Below, piece after piece: positions 36,852 to 46,898 of a stretch of DNA of 64,000 nucleotides. The first letter of the stretch is position 1; the number at the start of each line of letters is the position of its first letter. The stretch is from an uncultured Actinomycetota bacterium (GTDB taxonomy: Bacteria > Actinomycetota > Actinomycetes > Streptosporangiales > Streptosporangiaceae). The stretch covers positions 20,581-84,580 of the forward strand of contig CAWICK010000002.1 of the NCBI GenBank assembly GCA_963834665.1, written 5' to 3'. The position numbers and the translations under genes were made by a program. The notes below the pieces were generated by a model, which saw only the letters and a program-made list of their open reading frames with translations, had not been told where the DNA came from and did no database searches.

Positions 36852-39336
36852 AGGAAGGCGGTGCGTCGCCAGGTCCGGCCGCCCAGCCGCGCGCGGGCTT
36901 ACCGCTTAGCCGGAAGTCCAGCGTGCCGCCCTGCGTGATGGCCATGGCCGGGGCATAGGCGCGATTCCAGCGCGCCCCGTTCCAGGTCGCCTGGCGCACG
37001 TAAGGCGCGGCCGCTGCGGCCCCGCTGCCGATAATGTGCAGAGCCTGGCCTGACGGCAGCTCGATGACGGCGCTGGGGAACAGCGGCGAGCCGAGGGCCA
37101 GCGTCGCTGTTCCCGGCGTCATCGGGTACATGCCGAGCGCGGACCAGACGAACCAGGCGCTCATCGTGCCCAGGTCGTCGTTACCCGGAATGCCGCGAGG
37201 TGTATCGGTCCACAGCCGGTTGTCGATGCTGCGGACCGCTTCCTGGGTGGCGTACGGTTCGCCGATGTAGTCGTACTCCCAGGGAAGTTCGATGCTCGGC
37301 TCGTTGCCCATGTTCGCGGTCGGGCCGTTGTTGGCCGAGGTGAAACCGGAGAGCACGCTGCCCAGGTACCGGCGCATCGTGCTCCGCCCGCCTTTGGCCC
37401 CGGTCAGTCCAGCTATGTCGAACGGCACCATGCCCGTGTACTGCCAGGAGTCACCCTCGACGAAGCCCTGCCCTGACCGCGGCCGGAATCCCGGCCGCCA
37501 CCGGCCGCTTGCCAGCCGGGGCTGCAGGAATCCGGTCGCCGGATTCAGCAGGTTCTGCCAGTCCTGCGCCCGGTTGCGGAACGCGGCCGCATCGGCCAGG
37601 TCGCCGAGGTCTCCGGCGAACGCGGAAACGGCAAAGTCCGCGGTGTCATACTCCAGCGTCGTCGAGACCGAGCCGTGGTAATTGCAGCACCCGTAGCGGC
37701 CGTCATCGGGCAGGTAGCCGGGGTTGTTCAGGTAGTTCAGGCCGGCCCGCACGTCGGAGGGCTTGCTGCCCTGCGCGATCATGGCAGCGAGCGCGGCCGG
37801 AGCGTCGAATGCCGTGGCGCCGAACGCGTAGTAATCCGCGATCACCGCGTCGGCCGGGTCGCCGACCATGATGTAGCTGTCACGGCCGTACGCAGGCCAT
37901 CGCGGCAGCATGCCGCTCTGCTGGTAGCTGTCGAGCAGCGACTGCGCCGCGCCGCTAGCAGCCGCCGGGTCCAGCAGGGCAGCAAGCTGAGCCTGCGTGC
38001 GGTAGGTATCCCAGCCGGACAAGTTGGTATAGGCCGCGGCCTGGCCTGCGTCCACCGTGTGCACCGCGCCATCGGAGCCGATGTACTGGCCGTTGTCGTC
38101 GCTGAACACGCTCGGCGCAAGCAGCGCGTGATAGAGCGCGGTGTAGAAGACGGCACGCTGCGCCCGGGTGCCGCCGGTCACGGCGATCTTGCCGAGCAGC
38201 GCGTCCCACTGCCGCTGGGCCGCGTTCCGTACCGCCCCGAAGTTCCAGCCAGCGTCCTCGGCCGCCAGGTTGGCTGCCGCGTTGGCGGCCGACACGTAGG
38301 AGATGCCGACCTTGGCGAGCACAGTCCGGCTGCGGCCCGCAGGGAAGCTGACGTACGCGCCGACCGCGCCGGTGAGGGCCGCCCCGGCGCCGGTGCCGGT
38401 GCCGGTGCCGTGCGCCGGGCGCAACGGCCCGACGTTGGTAACGGAGAGCCGGGTGGCCTGTGCGTGCATGCCGTCGGCAGCGCCACTGGTGAAAGTGCCA
38501 TGGCCGGTGACAGGGCTGCTGAACTGCATCTGGAAGTAGAGGGTGTAAGGCTTACTGACGCCGCAGAAGTCCGGCGAGGTAACGGAGCCGTGTACCACTG
38601 TCGCGCTGTCTTGCCGGAAGCTCACTGCGGTGTCGCCGCGTTGGCTGCCGTTCAGCTTGAAGATCAGGTTCGCCTGGTGGCCGGCCGGGATGCTGATGGC
38701 GGCCAGTCCCGTTCTGGTGGTGGCGGTCAGCTGAACCCGGATGCCGTTCGCGAGCGCGACGGAGTAGTAACCGGCCTGCGCGTGCTGCCTGCTGTGGCTG
38801 AAGGCGTCTCGCGCCGTCGGCACGACCCGGCCCACGGTGGGGAGAACCGGCACGTCTCCGGCCGCTGGGCAGCCCGGACCAGACATGTGGGTCAGGCTGA
38901 ATCCGGTGATGGCCGTGGAACCGGCGGAGTAGCCGCCGCCCTCGGCAGGTTTCGTCGTATCCGGGCTCCACTGCAGCATTCCGAACGGCGTGTCGGCACC
39001 GGGGAAGACGTTACCTCCGCCGGCAGTGCCGATGAACGGGTTGACCTGCGCGGCCGGGCCGGACGATGGCGAGGTGGCAGCGACCTGGACCGCCTGGCCG
39101 GCGCGGCCCGGCCCGGCGCGGCCCGGCCGTGCGCTACCTGGGCCTCGGGCTGACCGGGTCGGCTCAGCCTGCGAGCCTGCAGGCACCGAGAACGCCGCGA
39201 ATGCCAGGACGGCAGCAATCGCCGCAGTGGCCCCGGACCTGCCTGACGCCTTAGCGGCAGCCTGATGGGTAGCGGCAGCCTGATGGGTAGCGGCAGCCTG
39301 GTGCCCACGCCGAAAACTTGCCCCCATAGAAGGCAA
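36757..39336 (-). CDS. Secreted GH92-family alpha-mannosidase
   Basis: 859 aa. NPFIGTAGGGNVFPGADTPFGMLQWSPDT signature. Signal peptide. Confidence 0.85.
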   Translation of the reverse strand: MPSMGASFRRGHQAAATHQAAATHQAAAKASGRSGATAAIAAVLAFAAFSVPAGSQAEPTRSARGPGSARPGRAGPGRAGQAVQVAATSPSSGPAAQVNPFIGTAGGGNVFPGADTPFGMLQWSPDTTKPAEGGGYSAGSTAITGFSLTHMSGPGCPAAGDVPVLPTVGRVVPTARDAFSHSRQHAQAGYYSVALANGIRVQLTATTRTGLAAISIPAGHQANLIFKLNGSQRGDTAVSFRQDSATVVHGSVTSPDFCGVSKPYTLYFQMQFSSPVTGHGTFTSGAADGMHAQATRLSVTNVGPLRPAHGTGTGTGAGAALTGAVGAYVSFPAGRSRTVLAKVGISYVSAANAAANLAAEDAGWNFGAVRNAAQRQWDALLGKIAVTGGTRAQRAVFYTALYHALLAPSVFSDDNGQYIGSDGAVHTVDAGQAAAYTNLSGWDTYRTQAQLAALLDPAAASGAAQSLLDSYQQSGMLPRWPAYGRDSYIMVGDPADAVIADYYAFGATAFDAPAALAAMIAQGSKPSDVRAGLNYLNNPGYLPDDGRYGCCNYHGSVSTTLEYDTADFAVSAFAGDLGDLADAAAFRNRAQDWQNLLNPATGFLQPRLASGRWRPGFRPRSGQGFVEGDSWQYTGMVPFDIAGLTGAKGGRSTMRRYLGSVLSGFTSANNGPTANMGNEPSIELPWEYDYIGEPYATQEAVRSIDNRLWTDTPRGIPGNDDLGTMSAWFVWSALGMYPMTPGTATLALGSPLFPSAVIELPSGQALHIIGSGAAAAAPYVRQATWNGARWNRAYAPAMAITQGGTLDFRLSGKPARGWAAGPGDAPPSYGAQGPPAPVGPVVSSGPRPVPRISGRGQGR
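39253..39303 (-). repeat. 18-bp in-frame tandem repeat (about 2.8 units) in the GH92 N-terminus
   Basis: agcggcagcctgatgggt units read directly. Encodes (HQAAAT)n. Confidence 0.9.
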
Positions 39337-39338
39337 TC

Positions 39339-39758
39339 TTAAAGATTGTCAAGATTTATTACGATGGCTTCCTGGGTGGACCTGGCGATTACGACCGTGG
39401 CGGGCTGGTCGGGCGACGGGTTTTCCTCCCGGTGCGCAGCGTGCGGCGGCACCCAGACGTAGTCGCCGGGCTGCGTCTCCAGCCTGACTTCCGCGCCGGT
39501 GTCAGGATCGCGGAACACGAAGACGGGGCAGCCAGAGATGACATAGATCCCGGTCTCGGACTCGCCGTGATGGTGGTTGCCCGAGCTCACGCCGGGCGGC
39601 AGCTCGGTGCGGCCCATCCAGAGCGACCGCGCCCCTGTCAGCTCGCCTGATATCGCGGCAGACCTGATCATCCCGCTGGTCTGGGCGGTCGCGCCGGACA
39701 GCTCGCCGGACCTGATTAGCTGCAGCCGGGCGTGCCCAGTCCGCTCGTCGGCGGTCAC
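39339..39758 (-). CDS. Cupin-domain protein
   Basis: GNHHHGESETGIYVISG...VPPHAAHRE cupin motifs. GTGA overlap with the msrB stop gives the start at 39758. Confidence 0.75.
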   Translation of the reverse strand: MTADERTGHARLQLIRSGELSGATAQTSGMIRSAAISGELTGARSLWMGRTELPPGVSSGNHHHGESETGIYVISGCPVFVFRDPDTGAEVRLETQPGDYVWVPPHAAHREENPSPDQPATVVIARSTQEAIVINLDNL

Positions 39759-40153
39759 TCCTCGTCGAGCGTCAGCGATACCGAATTGATGCACCAGCGC
39801 TGGTCAGTGGGCACGTCGTAGCCCTCACCCTCGAAGACATGACCCAGGTGCGAGCCGCACGCCGCGCACCTGACCTCGGTCCTGATCCGGCCGAGCGCCC
39901 GGTCCTCGATCAGGATCACCGCGTCGTCCTCGCTGGGCTGGTAAAAGCTCGGCCAGCCGCAGCCCGAGTGGAACTTGGCGTTCGAGCGGAACAGCTCGGC
40001 ACCGCAGGCGCGACACTTATAGACGCCGGTGGTCTCGGTATCCGTGTACTCGCCGGTGAACGGGGCCTCAGTGCCCGCTTCCCGCAGCACGTGATACTCC
40101 TCGGGGGACAGCCGGTCCCGCCATTCGTCCTCTGACAGCTGCACCTTGTCCAT
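39755..40153 (-). CDS. msrB: Peptide-methionine (R)-S-oxide reductase
   Basis: CRACGAELF...GCGWPSF...CAACGSHLGHVF...RWCINS. Start at MDKVQLSEDEWR. Confidence 0.95.
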   Translation of the reverse strand: MDKVQLSEDEWRDRLSPEEYHVLREAGTEAPFTGEYTDTETTGVYKCRACGAELFRSNAKFHSGCGWPSFYQPSEDDAVILIEDRALGRIRTEVRCAACGSHLGHVFEGEGYDVPTDQRWCINSVSLTLDEE

Positions 40154-40181
40154 GAGCGTGAGACTACCTGGCGAGGCGCTG

Positions 40182-40541
40182 TCAGCCAGCAGGGCCCGGC
40201 TCCACGCAGAAGACGTTGCCTTCCGGGTCATTCATGACGGGATGCCCGCCCGCAGACTCCACTACGGTGGCACCGAGCGATTCGAGCCGGCGGACCTCCT
40301 CCGCCACCGCGCCAGGCGCGCGCAGGTCGAAGTGCATCCGGTTCTTGGCCGTCTTGGGTTCTGGCACTCGCGCAAACCACATATTGGGCCCGCCCCAGCC
40401 TGCCGCCTCGACGTAGGCCCGGTCAGCCGTGGCGTCCTCGTCCACGTCGGTACCGAGGGCCGCGGCCCAGAACCGGGCAAGCTCAAGCGCGTCCGCGCAG
40501 TCGAAGGTCACCGATTTGATCACTGCCGCCATAGCCGCCAA
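40182..40541 (-). CDS. VOC/glyoxalase-like domain protein
   Basis: 119 aa. VTFDCADALELARFWAAALG...RMHFDL...DPEGNVFCV. Confidence 0.8.
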   Translation of the reverse strand: MAAMAAVIKSVTFDCADALELARFWAAALGTDVDEDATADRAYVEAAGWGGPNMWFARVPEPKTAKNRMHFDLRAPGAVAEEVRRLESLGATVVESAGGHPVMNDPEGNVFCVEPGPAG

Positions 40542-40597
40542 CCCTACGCTCGCGAAGTCGGCGCACGAGCGGAACGTCCGCGCTCACAGACGGCAAG

Positions 40598-43241
40598 CTA
40601 CAGCGGTATGTCGTAGACCGGTCCGCCGATGTCAGCCGTGCGCAGCTCGATGCCGGCAACGTGACCGGCCGCCCGCAGATCCTGGTCCGCCGCGGCGAGC
40701 GCGTCGAGGTCAGCTTTGGCGGCGGTCACGATCATGAGCGGAACGAGGTTCTTCATCGGCAGGTGAGCCTGCGACTTTGCCTTCCTGATCGCGGCGATGC
40801 CCGCTGATGCGGCCACGAGCACCGCCTCGTCGCCTGGGCCCGCCGGCTCGCGCAGTTCTGCGGCCGTCGGCCATGGCGCCCGGTGGATCGTGCCGTCCTG
40901 CCACCACGACCAGACCTCCTCGGTCACGAACGGCAGATACGGCGCGAGCAGCCGGAGGACTGCGGACAACCCGAGCCGAAGCGTGGCCTGCGCGGACGCA
41001 GCCGGGAGCGGACCGTGCTCGCCGTAAGCCCGCGGCTTCACCAGTTCCAGGTAGTCGTCGCAGAAGAACCAGAAGAACCGCTCGGCGTGCTCGAGCGCCG
41101 CCGCATGGTCGTAAGCCTCCAGAGCCTGACTGCATTGCTCGGTCACGGCGGCAAGACGGCGCAGCAGCGCGCGGTCGATCGGCTCGGTGACCGCGTTCGC
41201 GGTCCCGGCAGCCGGTTCGGTGGCGGCGTTCGCGGTCGTGGCGGCCGGTTCGAGGACGGCGTTTGTGGACGCGGAACTGTCCGGCCCGATGCTGAGCACG
41301 AACCGGCCGGCGTTAAGGATCTTGATAGCCAGCCGTCGGCCGACCTTGATCTGGGCCAGGTCGAACGCGGTGTCCACGCCGAGCCGGGCGCTGGCCGACC
41401 AGTACCGGACCGCGTCGGCCCCGTGCTCGCGGAGGAGGTCCATGGGCGTGACGGCGTTGCCCTTGGACTTGGACATCTTCTTGCGATCCGGGTCGAGGAT
41501 CCAGCCGGAGATCGCCGCATGCTGCCACGGCAGCACGCCCAGCTCGGCATGTGAGCGCAGCAGCGTATAGAACAGCCAGGTCCGGATGATCTCGTGCGCT
41601 TGCGGTCGCAAGTCCATCGGGAACACGCGCGCCATCAGGTCCTGGTCGGCGGGCCAGCCGCTAGCGATCAGCGGGGTGAGCGACGACGTGGCCCAGGTGT
41701 CCATCACGTCCGGGTCGGCCGCGAACCCGCCCGCCACGCCGCGTTGCTGGGCGCTATAGCCCGCCGGAGTGTCAGCCGCCGGATCCACCGGCAGCTCAGA
41801 CTCGGAAGGCAGGATCGGCTTGTCCTCCTCGATCCGACCGGCGTCATCTAGCCGGTACCACACCGGGATGGGCACGCCGTTATAGCGCTGCCGGCTGATC
41901 AGCCAGTCTCCGGTCAGCCCCGCGACCCAGTGCTCGTATCTGACCCGCATGTGCTCGGGATGCCAGCGCAGCTCGCGGCCCCTGGCCAGCAGCGCGTCCG
42001 CCAGGCCACTGGACCGGCTGCCATTGCGGATATACCACTGGCGGGTCGTGATGATCTCCAGCGGAGCCTGGCCGTACTCATAGAACTTCACTGCGTGCCG
42101 GATCGGCTCGGGCTCGCCGCGCAGCAGGCCTGCCTCGTGTAGCAGGTCGCTGGTCCGTTGCCTGGCGGCCTTAGCCGACAAGCCTGCGAGTTGCTCGTAG
42201 GCCTGCGTTCCCTCCCTCGTGGCGATTCCGGCCGGCGGTGCGGGCAGCAGCCGGCCGTCCTTGCCGATCACCGGGCGGGTGTCCAGCTGAAGGTCGCGCC
42301 ACCAGGTCACGTCGGTCATGTCGCCGAAGGTGCAGACCATGACCAGCCCGGTGCCCTTCGCTGGGTCAGCCAGGTGGTGGGCCAGGATGGGCACGCGCAC
42401 GCCGAACAGCGGCGTCGTCGCCGACGAGCCGAACAGGCTGGCATAGCGCGCGTCGTCGGGATGAGCGACCAGCGCCACGCAGGCCGACAGCAGTTCCGGC
42501 CGGGTCGTGGCGACCTCGACCTCGCCGTTCCCGTCCGGCAACCCGAAGGCCATGCGGATGAACGTGCCGGGGACCTCGCGGTCCTCGATTTCGGCCTGCG
42601 CCACCGCCGTGCCGAACGTCACGTCCCAGAGCGCGGGCGCCTCGGCCTGGTAGGCCTCGCCTCGGTCCAGATTGCGCAGGAAAGCCAGCTGGGATATCGC
42701 CTGCACCCGCTCGTCGATCGTCCGGTAGCTGTTGTCCCAGTCCACCGAGAGGCCGAGTCGGCGCCAAGCCTCGGCGTAGGCGTTCTCGTCGAGAGCGGTG
42801 AGTTGCCGGCACAGCTCTACGAAGTTGCGCCGGGAGACCGGGATCTGATCGGCAGGGGACAGCGCGCCGGCGCTACCCCGGGCTGGCGGGGTCAGGCCAG
42901 GCTGATACGGCAGCGCCGGGTCGCAGCGCACTCCGTAGTAGTTCTGCACCCGGCGCTCGGTGGCCAGCCCGTTGTCGTCCCAGGCGACCGGATAGAAGAC
43001 TTCCTTGCCGCGCATTCGCTGGAAGCGCGCGATTACGTCCGTGTGGCTGTAGGAGAACGCGTGCCCGAGGTGCAGGGATCCGCTGGCCGTCAGCGGGGGA
43101 GTGTCGATGGCGTAGACGTCATCGCGGCCCTTGGAGCGGTCAAACTTGTACTACACGCTCCTTGGCCCAGCGCTGCGTCCATTTGTCCTCAAGCCCGTCC
43201 AGGGACGGCTTGGCCGGGATGCGAGATGTTTCGCTGGTCAT
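40598..43241 (-). pseudogene. valS: Valine--tRNA ligase with a single 1-nt frameshift near 43147-43160 (probable sequence error)
   Basis: ATG at 43241 gives MTSETSRIPAKPSLDGLEDKWTQRWAKE, then an in-frame stop. After a frame change it continues YKFDRSKGRDDVYAIDTPPLTASGSLHLGHAFSYSHTDVIARFQRMRGKEVFYPVAWDDNGL into ORF 40598..43015. HIGH (LHLGH) and KMSKS motifs are present. The 2644-nt span is not a multiple of 3. Confidence 0.85.
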
Positions 43242-43453
43242 GCCGGCCAGGATAGCGCCCGGCTGCGGGACTGCGCACGCGCATATCGGTCGGGAAGTGC
43301 GTCAGGCCTGGCCTGGTAGCGACCGACAGGCCGAGGTCGTCCATGGATGTGACCCAGCTATGGCTTCCGACGAGCCAAGGTCATCGGTGAATGTGAAGGG
43401 CGAATGGCTATAGCCATACGTAGCTCACATCCACGGACGATCTTGAGGGCATT

Positions 43454-44428
43454 TTGTCGGTATCGAGTGTCAATCTTGCCCTCATGACGCTCGACGACCG
43501 TGAATTCGCCTGGTTACTCGCCAGCCAGAGGGGCGTCGTGTCCAGAACCCAGGCATTTGAATGTGGATTGACCGCCAACGGCATCCAGTACCGCACACGC
43601 ACGGGCGGGCCGTGGCAGCGCTTGCTGCCGGGCATCTATCTGACAGCGACCGGGGCGCCCTCCCGCGACCAGCTTCTGATGGCGGCATTGGTCTATGCAG
43701 GGCCCGTCAGCGTGATCACCGGCCCAGCCGCGTTGCCGATCTACAACATCCGCGCTCCGAAGATCAGGGTAGTGGATGTGCTGGTGCCTGCCGCGCGGCA
43801 GCGAACTAGCCGTTCCTTCGTCGCGATTCACCGGACGTACAGGATGCCGCGCGGCTTCACCGTGGACGGCGGAATCAGGTTCGCTCCGGCCGCGCGTGCC
43901 GTTGCTGATGCCGCCCGAGGTCTTGCCGTCGTCTCGGATGCACGCGCGGTCGTGGCAAGCGCCGTTCAGCAGCGTAAGTGCACGATTCAGGAGCTCGGTG
44001 CCGAATTAGCTGATGGACCGGTCCGCGATTCGGCCCGGTTGCGGGCCGTGCTGGCCGAGGTAGTCGACGGGATCAGGTCGGTGCCAGAAGGGGACTTCCG
44101 CAACCTCGTCAGGAGATCTAGCCTGCCAGCCCCGATGTTCAATCCGAGCCTCTTCTTCGACGGAGAGCTCCTTGCGATAGTCGACGCCTGGTGGCCAGCA
44201 TCTGGCGTGGCGGTAGAGATCGACTCCAAGGAGTGGCATCTCGGGCCCGACGGCTGGGAGCAAACGATGCGTCGACACTCACGGCTGTCCGCCACCGGGA
44301 TCATTGTTCTGCACGTCAGCCCCCGCCAGCTGCGGACCGAGCCGGAACGAGTGGTTCGGGACATTGCCGGCGCCCTACGTGCCGGGCGGCCGGTGCCGGG
44401 AATCACCACTCGGGCGGCCGCGGCCTAA
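43454..44428 (+). CDS. Hypothetical protein with an AbiEi-like N-terminal wHTH and a DUF559/Vsr-like C-terminal domain
   Basis: 324 aa. GVVSRTQAFECGLTANGIQYR... and ...VAVEIDSKEWHLGPDGWEQTMRRHSRLSATGIIVLHV. Common actinobacterial architecture. Confidence 0.6.
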   Translation: MSVSSVNLALMTLDDREFAWLLASQRGVVSRTQAFECGLTANGIQYRTRTGGPWQRLLPGIYLTATGAPSRDQLLMAALVYAGPVSVITGPAALPIYNIRAPKIRVVDVLVPAARQRTSRSFVAIHRTYRMPRGFTVDGGIRFAPAARAVADAARGLAVVSDARAVVASAVQQRKCTIQELGAELADGPVRDSARLRAVLAEVVDGIRSVPEGDFRNLVRRSSLPAPMFNPSLFFDGELLAIVDAWWPASGVAVEIDSKEWHLGPDGWEQTMRRHSRLSATGIIVLHVSPRQLRTEPERVVRDIAGALRAGRPVPGITTRAAAA

Positions 44429-44477
44429 GTGGCCGGTGGCGAATGGTTGCTGGAGGCGTCGCCTTATGGTTGCGCAT

Positions 44478-45506
44478 ATGAATACTCGCCCTCTCGGCTC
44501 CACTGGTGTCCAGGTCACTCCGCTCTGCCTCGGCGCGATGATGTTCGGCAGCTGGGGCAATCCCGATCACGACGAATCGGTCCGGATCATCCACGCAGCG
44601 CTCGACTCCGGCATCAACTTCATCGACACGGCCGACGTGTACTCGGCGGGCGAGTCGGAGGAGATCGTGGCCAAGGCGCTGACCGGCGGCCGTCGGGCGA
44701 ACGTGGTGCTCGCCACCAAGGTGCACGGCAACATGGGCGCCGACGTGAATCAGCGGGGCAACTCGCGCCGCTGGATCATCAGGGAGTGCGAGAACAGCCT
44801 GCGCCGTCTGGGCACTGATTACATCGACCTCTATCAGATCCACCGGCCGGATCCGGATACCGACATCGATGAGACGCTGGGCGCGCTCTCCGACCTGATC
44901 AGGGCGGGAAAGATCGGCTACGCGGGCAGTTCCACTTTTCCCGCTGCCCAGATCGTGGAAGCGCAGTGGACGGCGCAGCGCCGCGGCCGGGAACGGTTCG
45001 TCTGCGAGCAGCCGCCGTACTCGATGCTGGTCCGCGGCATCGAGGCCGAGGTGCTGCCAGCGTGCCAGCGCTATGGCATGGGCGTGATCTGCTGGGGTCC
45101 CCTTGGCAGCGGCTGGCTCTCGGGTAGCTACCGCAAGGACGCTGAGATCCCGGTCAGCCGCCGGGCGCAGCGCCTGCCACACCGGTTCGACATGAGCCTG
45201 CCAGGGAACCGGCTGAAGCTGGAGGCGGCGGACCGCCTCGCCGGGCTGGCGACCGAGGCGGGCATGTCACTTATTCACCTGGCGCTGGGCTTTGTGCTGA
45301 GCCATCCGGGAATCACCTCCGCGATCATCGGCCCGCGCACCATGGAGCACCTGGAGAGCCAGCTGGGCGCGCCTGTTGCCGGGCTGCCGGCTGAGTTGCT
45401 GGACCGGATCGACGAGATCGTGGCCCCCGGCGTGAACCTGAATCCCGGCGATCGCGGCTACGACCCGCCGGCGCTTGCCGACGCATCGCTTCGCCGCCGC
45501 GGGTAG
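44478..45506 (+). CDS. Aldo/keto reductase
   Basis: MNTRPLGSTGVQVTPLCLGAMMFG...INFIDTADVYSAGESE...IDLYQIHRPD. Confidence 0.9.
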   Translation: MNTRPLGSTGVQVTPLCLGAMMFGSWGNPDHDESVRIIHAALDSGINFIDTADVYSAGESEEIVAKALTGGRRANVVLATKVHGNMGADVNQRGNSRRWIIRECENSLRRLGTDYIDLYQIHRPDPDTDIDETLGALSDLIRAGKIGYAGSSTFPAAQIVEAQWTAQRRGRERFVCEQPPYSMLVRGIEAEVLPACQRYGMGVICWGPLGSGWLSGSYRKDAEIPVSRRAQRLPHRFDMSLPGNRLKLEAADRLAGLATEAGMSLIHLALGFVLSHPGITSAIIGPRTMEHLESQLGAPVAGLPAELLDRIDEIVAPGVNLNPGDRGYDPPALADASLRRRG

Positions 45507-45748
45507 CCAAGACCAGCGCGCCGAGCGCGGCGCGAAGCGCGGCAAGCTCGTCTGCGGCCCGGTCCGGCCAGTTCGGGTCGCAGGGTGCGACGACCACCGC
45601 TCGGGTCACCGGGGTCTCGCTCACGAGCCGCGATGCTAGCAGCCTGCCGGACCCACTCGTACGGCTCGCCAACGGGCCTTGCGGGCAACTCACCGCAAAT
45701 CTACGATCATCTCTGCAGATCCGTATATTCAGCGCGGGGGAGATACCT

Positions 45749-46876
45749 ATGACTCGACCCGGTTGGCCGCTCGCGGCTGCCGCAGCGGCACTGGTCAGCA
45801 CAGTCGTAGCGTTGACCTGGACGGCTGCGGTCCCAGCCGGGGCATCGAGCGCCCGCGAGGCGGCGGCGCGGCATACCTGGCAGTTGGTCTACCAACACCG
45901 AGACGTCAACATCCAGGCGATCAGCGCCACCGGGCCAAAGGATGCCTGGGCCATCGGCACCGACAAGACCGGCGGTCTGCTGCTGCGCTGGGACGGCAGC
46001 GCCTGGCGACCCGTGCACTACCCGGACCAGCGGAACTATCTCCCATCGCAGATCTTCGCGCTGTCGCCGACGGACGTATGGCTGTTCGGCTACGACAGCA
46101 CGCAGCCCGCCGAGATCATGCACTGGCACAACGGGTTCTGGGACACGCCAATGTCACTGCCGGTGAATGCGCAGGACGTAGCTGTGCTCAGCGACAGCAA
46201 TATCTGGGTCGTGGGCGGCACGCTACCGGGTTGCTCTAGCGTCAGCGCGGACAGCCAGGGCTGCACCATCACCTCGCACTGGAACGGCAGCACCTGGACC
46301 AGCTATCCGCTGCGTGCGGTCGAAGGCGTCACCTTCGGCGGCATTTCTGGTTCGGATGTCTGGGCAGTTGGGGACAGCTTCGTCCGCCTGATCAGGGACA
46401 GTCCGTCCTTCGTGCCCCACGTCTTCCGGTGGACCGGGTCCGCTTGGCAACGCACGTCGCTGGTCGGCCGGCGGTCTTTCTGGTCGCCGTCGATTGTCGT
46501 GCGCTCGCCTCGTGATGTGTACGTGGCCGAGTCGACCAAGGCAAACCGGAATGCCTGCGCCATGCACTGGAACGGAAACCGCTGGACTCCGTTCCGCCTG
46601 CCAGGTTCGCCTGGCGAGTGCAAGTGGACCATCTCGGACTACCACCGCGGCTTGTGGTTCTATGGGCCGCCAGCGGGGCCTGGGTACACCTGGGAGCACT
46701 GGACGGGCCAGCGCTTCGTCACCACCCCGCGGTATGTGCCAAGCAGGAACGGCTGGAACACCAACGGATTCATCCTCGCCGCCGTGCCGCACTCGTCCTC
46801 GGTCTGGCTGTTCGGCTCGTACTGCGGCGTATCGCCGACGTGCCGGATCAAGGGTGTCATCGCGGCGCTCCGCTGA
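45749..46876 (+). CDS. Secreted hypothetical protein with repeated W-rich (beta-propeller-like) segments
   Basis: 375 aa. Signal peptide. Recurrent ...D(V/A)WA(I/V)G... / WNG..W motifs. Confidence 0.65.
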   Translation: MTRPGWPLAAAAAALVSTVVALTWTAAVPAGASSAREAAARHTWQLVYQHRDVNIQAISATGPKDAWAIGTDKTGGLLLRWDGSAWRPVHYPDQRNYLPSQIFALSPTDVWLFGYDSTQPAEIMHWHNGFWDTPMSLPVNAQDVAVLSDSNIWVVGGTLPGCSSVSADSQGCTITSHWNGSTWTSYPLRAVEGVTFGGISGSDVWAVGDSFVRLIRDSPSFVPHVFRWTGSAWQRTSLVGRRSFWSPSIVVRSPRDVYVAESTKANRNACAMHWNGNRWTPFRLPGSPGECKWTISDYHRGLWFYGPPAGPGYTWEHWTGQRFVTTPRYVPSRNGWNTNGFILAAVPHSSSVWLFGSYCGVSPTCRIKGVIAALR

Positions 46877-46898
46877 ACGCCGCTCCGGCGACCGCCCG

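Noticed and set aside
40598-43241. Possibility that the valS or ppk1 frame changes are programmed ribosomal frameshifts.
   Set aside because: No slippery heptamer or downstream structure is evident at the shift sites. Similar shifts occur in many unrelated genes, which is more consistent with indel errors or decay.
45500-45630. Minus-strand stretch VSETPVTRAVVVAPCDPNWPDRAADELAALRAALGAL, resembling a GrpB-family N-terminus.
   Set aside because: Only about 35 residues are recognisable, and the frame then runs into the 3' end of the aldo/keto reductase gene. It is probably a truncated remnant, too short to support as a feature.
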